Virus record (IMG/VR): IMGVR_UViG_3300044950_000141
Location: 65,670-117,586 of that record
Reading direction: 5' to 3' (one strand)
DNA length: 51,917 bases
From: a virus
Taxonomy: Duplodnaviria; Heunggongvirae; Uroviricota; Caudoviricetes
Positions 27,672 through 36,645 of this stretch are shown here, one piece after another. Both the position numbers and the translations under genes were made by a program. The notes below the pieces were generated by a model, which saw nothing but the letters and a program-made list of their open reading frames with translations, ran no database searches and was not told the origin of the DNA. The stretch's first letter is position 1; each line of letters starts with the position of its first letter.

Positions 27672-28105
27672 TAATAGTTATTTTTGGACAGCCTGCATCA
27701 GGCAAGACAACCCTAGCTAAAAAGTTTATAGAAGAGGGATTCCACCACATAGATGGTGATGAACTAAGAGAGACATTTAAGAACAGTGATTATAGCAGAG
27801 AAGGTAGAATTAAAAATCTAAATAGAGCTAGTGACATAGCTCATTACTTAGATAAGATAAAAGGCTATAATGTAGTGCTTTCATTAGTATATCCTTATGA
27901 AGAAGCTAGACAATACTTTATTAAATTAAACAGAAGTGTTAAATGGATATATCTTATATATCAAGAAGATAGAGGTAGAGATGAATTTAAAGTGGCAGAC
28001 TTTGAGCTTCCACATATGGATAATGTAGAGTTAATTTTAAATACTTCAGTTGATTCAATAGATGTATGTACTGATAAAATTAAAAATGTATGCAGAATAT
28101 TTTAA
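27668..28105 (+). CDS. cysC: Adenylyl-sulfate (APS) kinase, compact
   Basis: P-loop GQPASGKTT, then DGDELR and YSREGRIKN, typical of CysC. Overlaps the sulfotransferase stop (ATGA). Confidence 0.75.
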   Translation: MIIVIFGQPASGKTTLAKKFIEEGFHHIDGDELRETFKNSDYSREGRIKNLNRASDIAHYLDKIKGYNVVLSLVYPYEEARQYFIKLNRSVKWIYLIYQEDRGRDEFKVADFELPHMDNVELILNTSVDSIDVCTDKIKNVCRIF

Positions 28106-28476
28106 CTGAAGGCAATCGTAAGACAGATGGTTATGCTATGTTCATTGGAAGATGGCAACCATGGCACGCTGGACACAGGTGGTTAATTGATCAACAATTG
28201 AACCAGGGAAAGAAGGTGTTACTGTGTATAAGAGATGTTAAGCAGGATGAAAAGAACCCATGGTCTGCTTGGCAGATAATGATGAATCTATCAGAAGAAC
28301 TAATAGATCTTATAGAAGATAACAAAGTGAGACTTATGATTATCCCTGATATTGAGTCTATTAACTTTGGTAGAGGGGTAGGATATGATGTTGTTGAACA
28401 CGTTCCACCACAAGAGATACATGACATCTCAGCTACTCAAATTAGAGAACAAATGAAAGCAGAAGGTAAGTTATGA
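28090..28476 (+). CDS. HxGH class I nucleotidyltransferase (cytidylyltransferase-like); candidate minimal sulfate adenylyltransferase
   Basis: FIGRWQPWHAGH and C-terminal ISATQIRE motifs. Confidence 0.75.
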   Translation: MQNILTEGNRKTDGYAMFIGRWQPWHAGHRWLIDQQLNQGKKVLLCIRDVKQDEKNPWSAWQIMMNLSEELIDLIEDNKVRLMIIPDIESINFGRGVGYDVVEHVPPQEIHDISATQIREQMKAEGKL

Positions 28477-28682
28477 TAGTAGAACGTAAAAGACACATAG
28501 CTAAGACAATCAGTTATAGATTGATAAGCACCCTTATAGGATTTGCTGCAATGCTTGTTGTTACAGGCTCTGTAAAAGCAGGAGCAGCGTTTGGTATAGC
28601 TGAATTACTTTGGAAACCAATACAATATTATTTCCATGAACGTATATGGTATAGATGGATTAAGTATGGACTAAAGCCTTAA
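28473..28682 (+). CDS. DUF2061-like small membrane protein
   Basis: RHIAKTISYRLIST...YYFHERIW pattern with two hydrophobic segments. Confidence 0.75.
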   Translation: MIVERKRHIAKTISYRLISTLIGFAAMLVVTGSVKAGAAFGIAELLWKPIQYYFHERIWYRWIKYGLKP

Positions 28683-29763
28683 CTGCCATAGCAACATCAT
28701 TAACAGAAATACTCTTATGACATTCAAACTGTCTAGGAGTATTTTCATTTTCAGGACACCAGTTCCAATCTCCTTTGTTAAACTTGAACATAGGATTATT
28801 CCAACATCCATTACACACTTCTTTATTAGTTATACGTGTACAATCTTCTTGAAACTCATGGTCTTCTGTAGTGAAGTTAGAGATCATTACAGTGTGCTTA
28901 CATATAGCCCAGTTCAACCAACTGATACCACTAGACAGTCCTATGAACAAATCTGCATGATGTAGATAGTTCATAACGTTCTGTAAACTAGTATCGTCTA
29001 GTTTCTCTGCACCATAGTCATCAGCTTCTTGAGACATCTCAAACACTCTGTATCCCCAGCTTTTTAGTTGCTGAATTAACTCTGGCCAGTAGTACCAATG
29101 TTTACACTGTGCTGTAGATTTTGTAGATATACATATGTATTCATTCACTACAGGTCTTTCTTCTAGTGTAAATGCTATTCTAGGATGTATCTCTTTAAAT
29201 GGTAGGGCTAATATGTTACTTGCTGATTGTTGTAATGGTATAGTGGCAGGATGTGTAGGTTCTTTTTCCTTATCCCAAAACCAACCTAGTTCAACCCTAG
29301 CTTTGATATTCTGTACTATTGTTCCTCTACCTGAAAACTCTAGTTCAGGATATGCACTCTCAAACAAGTCATTCTTGAATGTAGACACAATCACTTTACA
29401 TTTATAAACTTCCTGAAATTGTAAACAGTATGGTATCCAAGCTATGCTATCACCAAGACTCTTAGACTCAAATACAATAAACACCCTCTCACCTTTAAAC
29501 TCATCTAGTAAGTTCACTTGTTTAATTGTACGTCCTTCATACTTAATGAATATAGCTATATCAGATATATACTTTCTACTAAGTCTAGCCCACGCACCTG
29601 GCTTTAGTTTTGTTTCATAGATAGTTACATGTTGATCTGTAAGCATGCCTTCCACCTTACCCTTTCTATCTACAAACTGTATATCATATTCTCTGTTCTT
29701 ACCACCATCCTCTATTAGTTCAAAGAACAAACCATCAACATGGTTTAATTTATATGTTATCAT
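28660..29763 (-). CDS. TibC/Aah-like (autotransporter O-heptosyltransferase family) glycosyltransferase
   Basis: SLGDSIAWIPYCLQFQEVYKCK plus the C-terminal four-Cys motif CNGCWN..WCP..RQFEC of bacterial autotransporter heptosyltransferases. Confidence 0.75.
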   Translation of the reverse strand: MITYKLNHVDGLFFELIEDGGKNREYDIQFVDRKGKVEGMLTDQHVTIYETKLKPGAWARLSRKYISDIAIFIKYEGRTIKQVNLLDEFKGERVFIVFESKSLGDSIAWIPYCLQFQEVYKCKVIVSTFKNDLFESAYPELEFSGRGTIVQNIKARVELGWFWDKEKEPTHPATIPLQQSASNILALPFKEIHPRIAFTLEERPVVNEYICISTKSTAQCKHWYYWPELIQQLKSWGYRVFEMSQEADDYGAEKLDDTSLQNVMNYLHHADLFIGLSSGISWLNWAICKHTVMISNFTTEDHEFQEDCTRITNKEVCNGCWNNPMFKFNKGDWNWCPENENTPRQFECHKSISVNDVAMAVKALVHT

Positions 29764-30763
29764 ATGCGTTTATATATAATTGTTTTGTCTTTTCTGATGT
29801 ATATCCTTCATTGATCTTCAACACATTTTCATAGTATTTATGTAATGTCTTAGCTACATTGTCCCAGCTATAACTATTACGTACAGTTAGCATCTCTTGT
29901 CTTCTATGTTCATATGTCTTAATTGTCTCTGTAATGCCATGCATTACACTCTCTGTGCTAATGTTTGGTAACACCCACATACCAGGGAAGTGTTTAGATC
30001 CTCTATAAGTTCCTACAATAGGAATACATACACTAGCTGCTTCACATAATGTTAGATTGGGATGTCCTGCTTCTAGCATAGATGGATGTAAGAAGATGCT
30101 ATGATCCTGATACAGTTCTTTCATTTCTTCATCTGTAGGATTTGTTAACTTTAAAGTTAACTTTTTATAATTCAATAACTCTATATGGATATCAAAGAAC
30201 TTCTGATTGTCAGTATGTCCAGCAATAGTGATAGGTAGATCTAATTCTCTAGCTGCTTCTATACCATATCTAAATCCTTTTCTATCAAACCCTGAGTCAC
30301 CTGCTAATCCATTGTTAGCTATCATCAATAGTTTATGTGGACCCATTCTATAGTCTGGTGTAAAGAATTCTGTGTTAGCCCCATGTCTTAGATAGAACAA
30401 CTTATCAGTCTCACTGAAGTAGTCTATTAGATACTCAGCATGTGTAAAAGATATAATGCTATTCTTCATAGCCTCTAGATTTTGCTTATACACCCAGCTA
30501 TCTTTACCATACCATTCTGTATGATGATCATGTAGAGAGTATACATAAGGTATACCTTTGTCTCTACAATACAAAGCCTGGTTAGCTAGATGTGTATGTA
30601 CAATTGTATCTGGCCATTTCTCTAGCTCATTCATATATTTGATGTCTACAACATCTCCTAGCTTTTCAAGGGATTGTTTATATTCCCATGTAAGTCTTTC
30701 TACAGCTCCCCATCCATTTGGTGGTATAGTTATAAGCCCTGTAGCTACGTGTACTATTCTCAT
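29750..30763 (-). CDS. Glycosyltransferase family 4 (GT-B)
   Basis: IPPNGWGAVE N-terminal motif and FLHPSMLEAGHPNLTLCEA (E-x7-E-like). Confidence 0.8.
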   Translation of the reverse strand: MRIVHVATGLITIPPNGWGAVERLTWEYKQSLEKLGDVVDIKYMNELEKWPDTIVHTHLANQALYCRDKGIPYVYSLHDHHTEWYGKDSWVYKQNLEAMKNSIISFTHAEYLIDYFSETDKLFYLRHGANTEFFTPDYRMGPHKLLMIANNGLAGDSGFDRKGFRYGIEAARELDLPITIAGHTDNQKFFDIHIELLNYKKLTLKLTNPTDEEMKELYQDHSIFLHPSMLEAGHPNLTLCEAASVCIPIVGTYRGSKHFPGMWVLPNISTESVMHGITETIKTYEHRRQEMLTVRNSYSWDNVAKTLHKYYENVLKINEGYTSEKTKQLYINAYDNI

Positions 30764-33414
30764 TTTCTAAATGTTTTTTGCATGTTGTCTATTAAGGAAA
30801 ATCCATCTGCTTGTGTGGTAAGTCTCTTCTTCACAATACCCATTCTATCTCCTGCAAAGATATTATTAAAATACATATCAGCAGCATCCCACTTGTGCAT
30901 TCTTAAAGTTTCTTTTAACCATGGAGCTACATGTGCAGGGAACATGATACATTGTAAACCTATAATATGATTTGTAACATACATGTCATTGTTCACTTCT
31001 TTGACAACAGGACTTTGTGGCCAGCCATATTCTAATGTATCTTTATCTCCAAAGGACATGTATTCTATTCCATTCTCTATAAGCTTAGTTGCACACTCTT
31101 CTACAGTCTTAATGAACTCTTCAATAGGTGCCTCAATGATACAATCACCTTCACACACTATCAAGTAGTCACAGTTATTGAATTCACTCAAGATAGCATT
31201 CTTGAATGCTTCATAGCATCCATAATGTGCTGGGGTAAGTGCAGTGCCATGTTGTTGAACTTGTTGTTCATTGAAGAGTTCCATTGAAACACAACTGGGT
31301 CTGAGACAGTTATATGATGGTGGTAATGATTTATAGGGCTCGTTAATGTGTAACTTATATTCCCATCCATGGTTGATAACTTCAATAAGGGAGTCTCTGC
31401 TAGCTTTTTCTCTTTCATCATTTAATGTGGTTTGTATGTGAACTAATTTAATCTTTGGTCTATCTTTCTTCTTCCATTCAAATTTACCAGTTTTCTGATA
31501 TTTATGAATAGTATCTGCATTCATTTCAAACTTTTCTTTCTTATATATTCTATCTCCATCATAACATGACATTTCTATTACATTATTTCCTGTGTATTCA
31601 AACTCATGTTTAAATTCTCTTGTTGTAGAAATATCTATCTTCATCATATATTCTCCAATCTTAACCCAAAATATTCTATCATCTACATTATATGTAAAGA
31701 AATAGAACATATACCAATCAGGCTTTCCAGTAACAGGAAGTATAGAATAATACTCGCTATTAGATGCAACACCTAATCCACTGTGTATCAACAATGTTTG
31801 ATCAGCATTAGTAACTAATTGTATATCATTTGGATTGAAACTAAATACCACCTTAGCTAAATAGTCTTCTAGATAGTTCTCACACTTTCTTCTCTTACAT
31901 ACAGCATCCCATTCATCAGGTGTACGTACATCATCAAATTCTTTTACAAAGAAGTCTACATCAAACATCATTCCATTGGTTTGAATTCCTTTTCCTTGAG
32001 ATGTATTAACTATACCTAAATAAGCTTTCTTGTCTGTATTAAAGGATTCATTAATAACACCTAAGTCTTTCTCATTTACAACTACATCATATGTGTTATA
32101 GAATGCACGTTTGTATCCTAGATCTTGAGCAGCTTTGAATCCATTATATAAGTTAGTAAGTACAGTGAGAGACTGATTACTATATTTCAATCCATTGATA
32201 TTCACCTCAGCATAATAGTCATCTGTATGTCTATAGAATCTGCTGTAATAAGAATGATGTGTTAATGGATTATGTGCATCGTACACATAGTGATCCACCA
32301 TACGTTGTATCTCCTCGTCCACAGGATAGTGACTGATTAACATGATGTTTCTACCTAAGGCTTTCATAGAGTTGATAGTATCCTTAGTTAATTGTGCACG
32401 AGATTTTAAATTAGGATAGGTGCCTATGATGATAAGTTCTTCATCTTTCTTATCAAGGTTTAATTTTTTGATGATATTAGTAGCATCACTACCAATATCT
32501 CCAGTTAAATAAACCATATTCTCTGCATCATTATACTTGTTACAATATACATCTAGGTTGTACATTACTTTGATCAAGTCATCATATTCCATAGCTTCTT
32601 TAATAGCAATAGGATTTAACTCCTTGTTACCTCTGTCTCCTTTAGATGGGAAGAAGAATACATCAGAAGCTTCTAAGAACATGTCTACATCATCTCGCTC
32701 ACCCCACACAACACAGTTGTCTGGTTTGTTAGCCATCAAGGGCTTCCAATATGATTCAAAGTTACCAGCTTGGTTACCTAGGAAATGAAACTTAACCTTG
32801 TAGTTCTTAAGTCTTTCTGCTAGTTGGAATGCATAAGCTTGATTCTTTCTAGGTGTAAACAACCCTACAGTTACAAAGTGTTTATAGTCATGCTCTAATC
32901 CTAACTTTTCTCTTATAGCATACTGGTTTCTTTCTTTCTTGTTTACAGGATACTCAATCACTTCTGTAGGTACATTTAATGTAATGTATTGAAATGAATT
33001 ATATGAGCTAACAAATATAAACTTGTCAGGCAAATAGTATTTGTTTTTAGGATTGAATGAACTATCATGTGTAGTTTCTACAATCTTCCATGGCTTCTCT
33101 GCATCGTATAGATAGTCAGCACATTCTTCATTCATAAACATCTCTGGAAACTCTTCCATAGAGATTACATCTGGTTTGAACTCTTGCAGAACTTGCAACA
33201 GTTCATCATATTTATTCTCTCCTAGTGAATGGAAGTTCTGATCTCCCACTAGTTTAATTATTCTATTTCTTTGCACAACAAACTGCCATGCTAGGAATGC
33301 ATACTCTACCACCTTGATATCAAAGTCATTCTGTAGTAGTTCTACTTTGTTTACTGTTACCTGGGGTGCTCCTCCTGTTGATAGATGAGGAGTGATGATT
33401 AATAGTTTCTTCAT
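30760..33414 (-). CDS. Multidomain glycosyltransferase (N-terminal GT4, central unknown domain, C-terminal GT-A/GT25-like)
   Basis: ITPHLSTGGAPQ, VGLFTPRKNQ and SDVFFFPS..ELNPIAIKEA; C-terminal HYGCYEAF..LIVCEGDC. Confidence 0.75.
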   Translation of the reverse strand: MKKLLIITPHLSTGGAPQVTVNKVELLQNDFDIKVVEYAFLAWQFVVQRNRIIKLVGDQNFHSLGENKYDELLQVLQEFKPDVISMEEFPEMFMNEECADYLYDAEKPWKIVETTHDSSFNPKNKYYLPDKFIFVSSYNSFQYITLNVPTEVIEYPVNKKERNQYAIREKLGLEHDYKHFVTVGLFTPRKNQAYAFQLAERLKNYKVKFHFLGNQAGNFESYWKPLMANKPDNCVVWGERDDVDMFLEASDVFFFPSKGDRGNKELNPIAIKEAMEYDDLIKVMYNLDVYCNKYNDAENMVYLTGDIGSDATNIIKKLNLDKKDEELIIIGTYPNLKSRAQLTKDTINSMKALGRNIMLISHYPVDEEIQRMVDHYVYDAHNPLTHHSYYSRFYRHTDDYYAEVNINGLKYSNQSLTVLTNLYNGFKAAQDLGYKRAFYNTYDVVVNEKDLGVINESFNTDKKAYLGIVNTSQGKGIQTNGMMFDVDFFVKEFDDVRTPDEWDAVCKRRKCENYLEDYLAKVVFSFNPNDIQLVTNADQTLLIHSGLGVASNSEYYSILPVTGKPDWYMFYFFTYNVDDRIFWVKIGEYMMKIDISTTREFKHEFEYTGNNVIEMSCYDGDRIYKKEKFEMNADTIHKYQKTGKFEWKKKDRPKIKLVHIQTTLNDEREKASRDSLIEVINHGWEYKLHINEPYKSLPPSYNCLRPSCVSMELFNEQQVQQHGTALTPAHYGCYEAFKNAILSEFNNCDYLIVCEGDCIIEAPIEEFIKTVEECATKLIENGIEYMSFGDKDTLEYGWPQSPVVKEVNNDMYVTNHIIGLQCIMFPAHVAPWLKETLRMHKWDAADMYFNNIFAGDRMGIVKKRLTTQADGFSLIDNMQKTFRK

Positions 33415-34340
33415 ATGTTATTGTTAATTGCGTGAATCACCTGCTCTACAGATGGATGACACTCATAAGCTTCTTTCTTCTCTAAGCATCCAATCAGTGG
33501 CTGTACAGAGTCTATTGTAGGCCAATACTCAAGAGCATATTTCATATTGGATGAACAGTGTAATCCACATGCTCCTCTTACGTATATATGTTTGCTAGTC
33601 TTTCTACGTGGTCTACGAAACTCTGGGTTGATAGGAGATCCTAATTCAATTATAGGTGTTTCTGTTGTACCTGCTAAATGTAGGATACCTGAGTCCATTG
33701 TAATTACAACTGCAGCATCGTTAATCAGATGCCAGCTCTCAGAGATAGATGTTTGATTCATTAGATTGATAACATTTTGATTATCAATATCATGTACAGG
33801 TTTGTTTACATTAAAGAATCCTGTCTCAGAACTATCCTTACCTATAGCCACCACTTTGTATCCCCACTTCACTAACTCTTCAGATAGCTTTAGCCAGTTC
33901 TCTTGTGACCATGTTCTATTAGGCCAGCTGTTAACAGGATGTATTACAGCATACTTCTCATGTACAAAGTTCTTCTTAGGTTCTGTAGGTTTGTAATAAC
34001 ATTCTAGTTCATCTTCTCCAAGCATAAAGCCTAGGTGTATGGCATGAAACTGTCTGATGTCCATCATGTTATGCTTCATCTCCACACCACGCTCGTCCTT
34101 CTTACCTACTAGATAGAATGAATTATGTACAATGTAATTACTTTGTATGTACGTCATGTCTATAGAACTAGCTTTATAGCTCTTCTCTACATAGGGATTC
34201 GTTTTAAATAGCTCAGGCATCTGAGAGATGACAGTAATCTTTCTTTGATATGCATCATGTAGTTTCTTAATGGTGGGGGTGGCACATATCAGGTCTCCCA
34301 AACCATTACATTCTTCTAAGTTTAAGCAAACTGGTTTCAT
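33411..34340 (-). CDS. Glycosyltransferase family 9-like with C-terminal Cys cluster
   Basis: GLGDLICATPTIKKL, DSGILHLAG and CGLHC..C..EC. Confidence 0.8.
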   Translation of the reverse strand: MKPVCLNLEECNGLGDLICATPTIKKLHDAYQRKITVISQMPELFKTNPYVEKSYKASSIDMTYIQSNYIVHNSFYLVGKKDERGVEMKHNMMDIRQFHAIHLGFMLGEDELECYYKPTEPKKNFVHEKYAVIHPVNSWPNRTWSQENWLKLSEELVKWGYKVVAIGKDSSETGFFNVNKPVHDIDNQNVINLMNQTSISESWHLINDAAVVITMDSGILHLAGTTETPIIELGSPINPEFRRPRRKTSKHIYVRGACGLHCSSNMKYALEYWPTIDSVQPLIGCLEKKEAYECHPSVEQVIHAINNNI

Positions 34341-34981
34341 TGTATTGACATTAAAAAATCAGGAGTTGTATAGTCTCTTTTAACTGTTGTATATCCTAGT
34401 CTAGCTAAGAAATTTACAGCTGTACTTGTATTGTCCTCTAACCATATTAGAGGCTTATCTCTTTGTATTAATTTTATCATTCCTTCAAAAGCAGACATCT
34501 CATGACCCTCAATATCTATCTTGATAAACTTAACAGGCTCATCAAACCATACATCATCTAGAGCTAAGACAATGTTCTTATGTGCTCCATTAGGTACAAT
34601 CTTTACCACACCACTGTTGGAACCATGTCCATCATCAAATGAAACAATAGATGTTCTACTACCCACTCCTACATTTATTGCAGATACATCCTTGTATCTT
34701 TTTGTGTTTTGCTTTAGAACAGAATAGTTATCTGGATGTGGTTCAAATGCTATAATCTTTAAGTTAGGGAAGTGGTGTTTAAATTGTACACAATGTCCTC
34801 CTATATTAGCCCCAATATCTAACATTAGTCCTGTAGAAGGGAAATGTTCTTTCCAATCATTAAATAACTGAAATTCCCAGAAATCATTGTATTTAACTAT
34901 GTCATCTGAGATACATTCAGGACTCTCAAATATAACCATAGGTGTATTGTGAATACTTACTATCCTAGTTTCTCGTTTCAT
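34337..34981 (-). CDS. FkbM-family SAM-dependent methyltransferase
   Basis: LDIGANIGGH, FEPHP and IKIDIEGHE. Confidence 0.9.
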   Translation of the reverse strand: MKRETRIVSIHNTPMVIFESPECISDDIVKYNDFWEFQLFNDWKEHFPSTGLMLDIGANIGGHCVQFKHHFPNLKIIAFEPHPDNYSVLKQNTKRYKDVSAINVGVGSRTSIVSFDDGHGSNSGVVKIVPNGAHKNIVLALDDVWFDEPVKFIKIDIEGHEMSAFEGMIKLIQRDKPLIWLEDNTSTAVNFLARLGYTTVKRDYTTPDFLMSIQ

Positions 34982-34984
34982 TTG

Positions 34985-35014
34985 TTGGTTATTTCCACAA
35001 ATATACTATCTTTG
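34985..35014 (+). promoter_or_regulatory. Promoter for the DUF6165-like gene
   Basis: TTG (34985-87) N19 TATCTTTG (35007-14). Confidence 0.7.
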
Positions 35015-35028
35015 CTCAAAATAACAAA
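34998..35028 (-). promoter_or_regulatory. Promoter for the minus-strand glycosyltransferase operon
   Basis: On the minus strand, TTTG (35028-35025) N19 TATATTTG (35005-34998). Confidence 0.7.
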
Positions 35029-35038
35029 ACGTTTTGCT

Positions 35039-35407
35039 ATGAAAATTGAAGTTTCTGTAGGAGAAGTAGTAGATAAATGGACTATACTTTCCATCAAAGC
35101 CCTGAACATTACAGACAAAGACAAACTAGTTAATGTTTTCAAAGAAAGAAATTATCTGAATGATGCTGTACATCCTGAGATCTTACATGACCCTATGACT
35201 GATGAACTTCTTAAGGTGAACCAGTTTCTTTGGAAGGTGGAAGATCTTCTAAGAGACTTTGAAAGAGCTAGTAGCTTTGGAGAAGAGTTTGTTGACTTAG
35301 CTAGATCTGTCTACAAATTAAATGATCAAAGAGCACATATTAAAAAAGAAATTAATATTAAGTATGGCTCTGACTTTGTAGAGGAAAAGTCCTACCAGCC
35401 CTACTAA
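35039..35407 (+). CDS. DUF6165-like helical protein
   Basis: MKIEVSVGEVVDKWTILSIK...LWKVEDLLR...LARSVYKLNDQRAHIKKEIN...EEKSY. The start is reassigned to ATG 35039, downstream of the promoter. Confidence 0.75.
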   Translation: MKIEVSVGEVVDKWTILSIKALNITDKDKLVNVFKERNYLNDAVHPEILHDPMTDELLKVNQFLWKVEDLLRDFERASSFGEEFVDLARSVYKLNDQRAHIKKEINIKYGSDFVEEKSYQPY

Positions 35408-35414
35408 AAAAATA

Positions 35415-35446
35415 TTTGGTAGTTTCAACTTTTTTACCTAGTTTTG
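35415..35446 (+). promoter_or_regulatory. Promoter of the lysis operon
   Basis: Exact consensus TTTG (35415-18) N20 TAGTTTTG (35439-46). Confidence 0.75.
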
Positions 35447-35537
35447 CAATGAAGTAGAATTTAACCTAAATAGGTCAATCTGACCATGTTATACATCCAT
35501 GTCCTGGGTGTATTTTTATTTACACTCCTTTAAGAAA

Positions 35538-35840
35538 ATGATAAAAAGTAACCCTACACTTGAGGCTTTTAAAGTTTGGACATTCCCAACCTTAGTTTCT
35601 ATATTAGCTATGATGATATGGAATGATGTAAACGAAATCAAAAGTGACGTCAAAGTCTTAATGGCTCAGTCCAATGTAGACAAGACACGTATAGACAACT
35701 TGGAAAGAGTAGTCTATAAAACAGCTGCTTCCTTTCCTACTAGAATTCCTATAGAAACAGCAGTATTTAGAGAGATGGCTATACTTCCTAATAACAAATT
35801 AATTATAAAAAATGAAAAAGTTCTTTTCAGATCTATTTGA
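35538..35840 (+). CDS. Single-TM coiled-coil protein (holin/antiholin-like)
   Basis: TM segment FPTLVSILAMMIW followed by heptads. The start with an A-rich context is at 35538. Confidence 0.55.
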   Translation: MIKSNPTLEAFKVWTFPTLVSILAMMIWNDVNEIKSDVKVLMAQSNVDKTRIDNLERVVYKTAASFPTRIPIETAVFREMAILPNNKLIIKNEKVLFRSI

Positions 35841-36054
35841 TGATAGCAACTCAATTAATGAGAAAGCTATAATTGGTTTCGCTTCTTTTATAATCATGAT
35901 CATTTTTGCAATAGTGGACATCATCACTGGCACTATGCATAAAGAGTTGGTTGTCAATGAGTTCATATATGATTCATTCAAAATATTAACTATAGCTTGT
36001 TTTGGTATTGCTTCTGTAGACAAATGGATAAACAAAATAAAAGGTAATGAATAA
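35812..36054 (+). CDS. Putative holin
   Basis: 80 aa with two hydrophobic helices and a basic C-terminus, upstream of the endolysin. Confidence 0.6.
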   Translation: MKKFFSDLFDDSNSINEKAIIGFASFIIMIIFAIVDIITGTMHKELVVNEFIYDSFKILTIACFGIASVDKWINKIKGNE

Positions 36055-36643
36055 AATTCTAGTATTTGTTGTAATGGTTTTACTGTTTACAGTGACTCTT
36101 CAACATAAAGGATGCGTTAGCTCTCAGATAAAAGCTGATACTGTAACGTTACACGATACAACCTGGCAAGTTCATGACTCATTGATTGTCAAGAAGTTAA
36201 AGGTTAAAGAGATAATACATGACACACTACCTGCAGAATATATTGCAGACACAAACTACCCTAAGCTAAAAGCACAATATGATGCTTTAGTCTTTGCTCA
36301 TTTAGCAAAGAAAGTCTATACTGACACTGTCAAGATAGATACCTTAGGCTATGTAGCTGTAGCTGATACAGTACATAAAAACGAGCTACAGAACAGATCT
36401 TATAAATACAACTATAAGATCCCAACAATTACTGTGACAACCATCATCACTAAGCAAGCTCCTCCTAAGGGAGCTCTATTTATTGGTGGTGGATTCACTA
36501 ACACAAAACAACTAGAACTTCAAACCATACAGGGGGGAGTGCTTTACAAGACTAAGAAAGATAAGATATTTGGTTTACATATTGGAATAAACAACAATAG
36601 TCAAGTTATATATGGGGTGAGTAGCTATTGGAAAATTAAATAA
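36047..36643 (+). CDS. Membrane-anchored/secreted spanin-like protein
   Basis: N-terminal hydrophobic signal, DT-rich segments and an aromatic beta-rich C-terminus (YGVSSYWKIK). Located in the lysis cassette. Confidence 0.5.
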   Translation: MNKILVFVVMVLLFTVTLQHKGCVSSQIKADTVTLHDTTWQVHDSLIVKKLKVKEIIHDTLPAEYIADTNYPKLKAQYDALVFAHLAKKVYTDTVKIDTLGYVAVADTVHKNELQNRSYKYNYKIPTITVTTIITKQAPPKGALFIGGGFTNTKQLELQTIQGGVLYKTKKDKIFGLHIGINNNSQVIYGVSSYWKIK

Positions 36644-36645
36644 CT

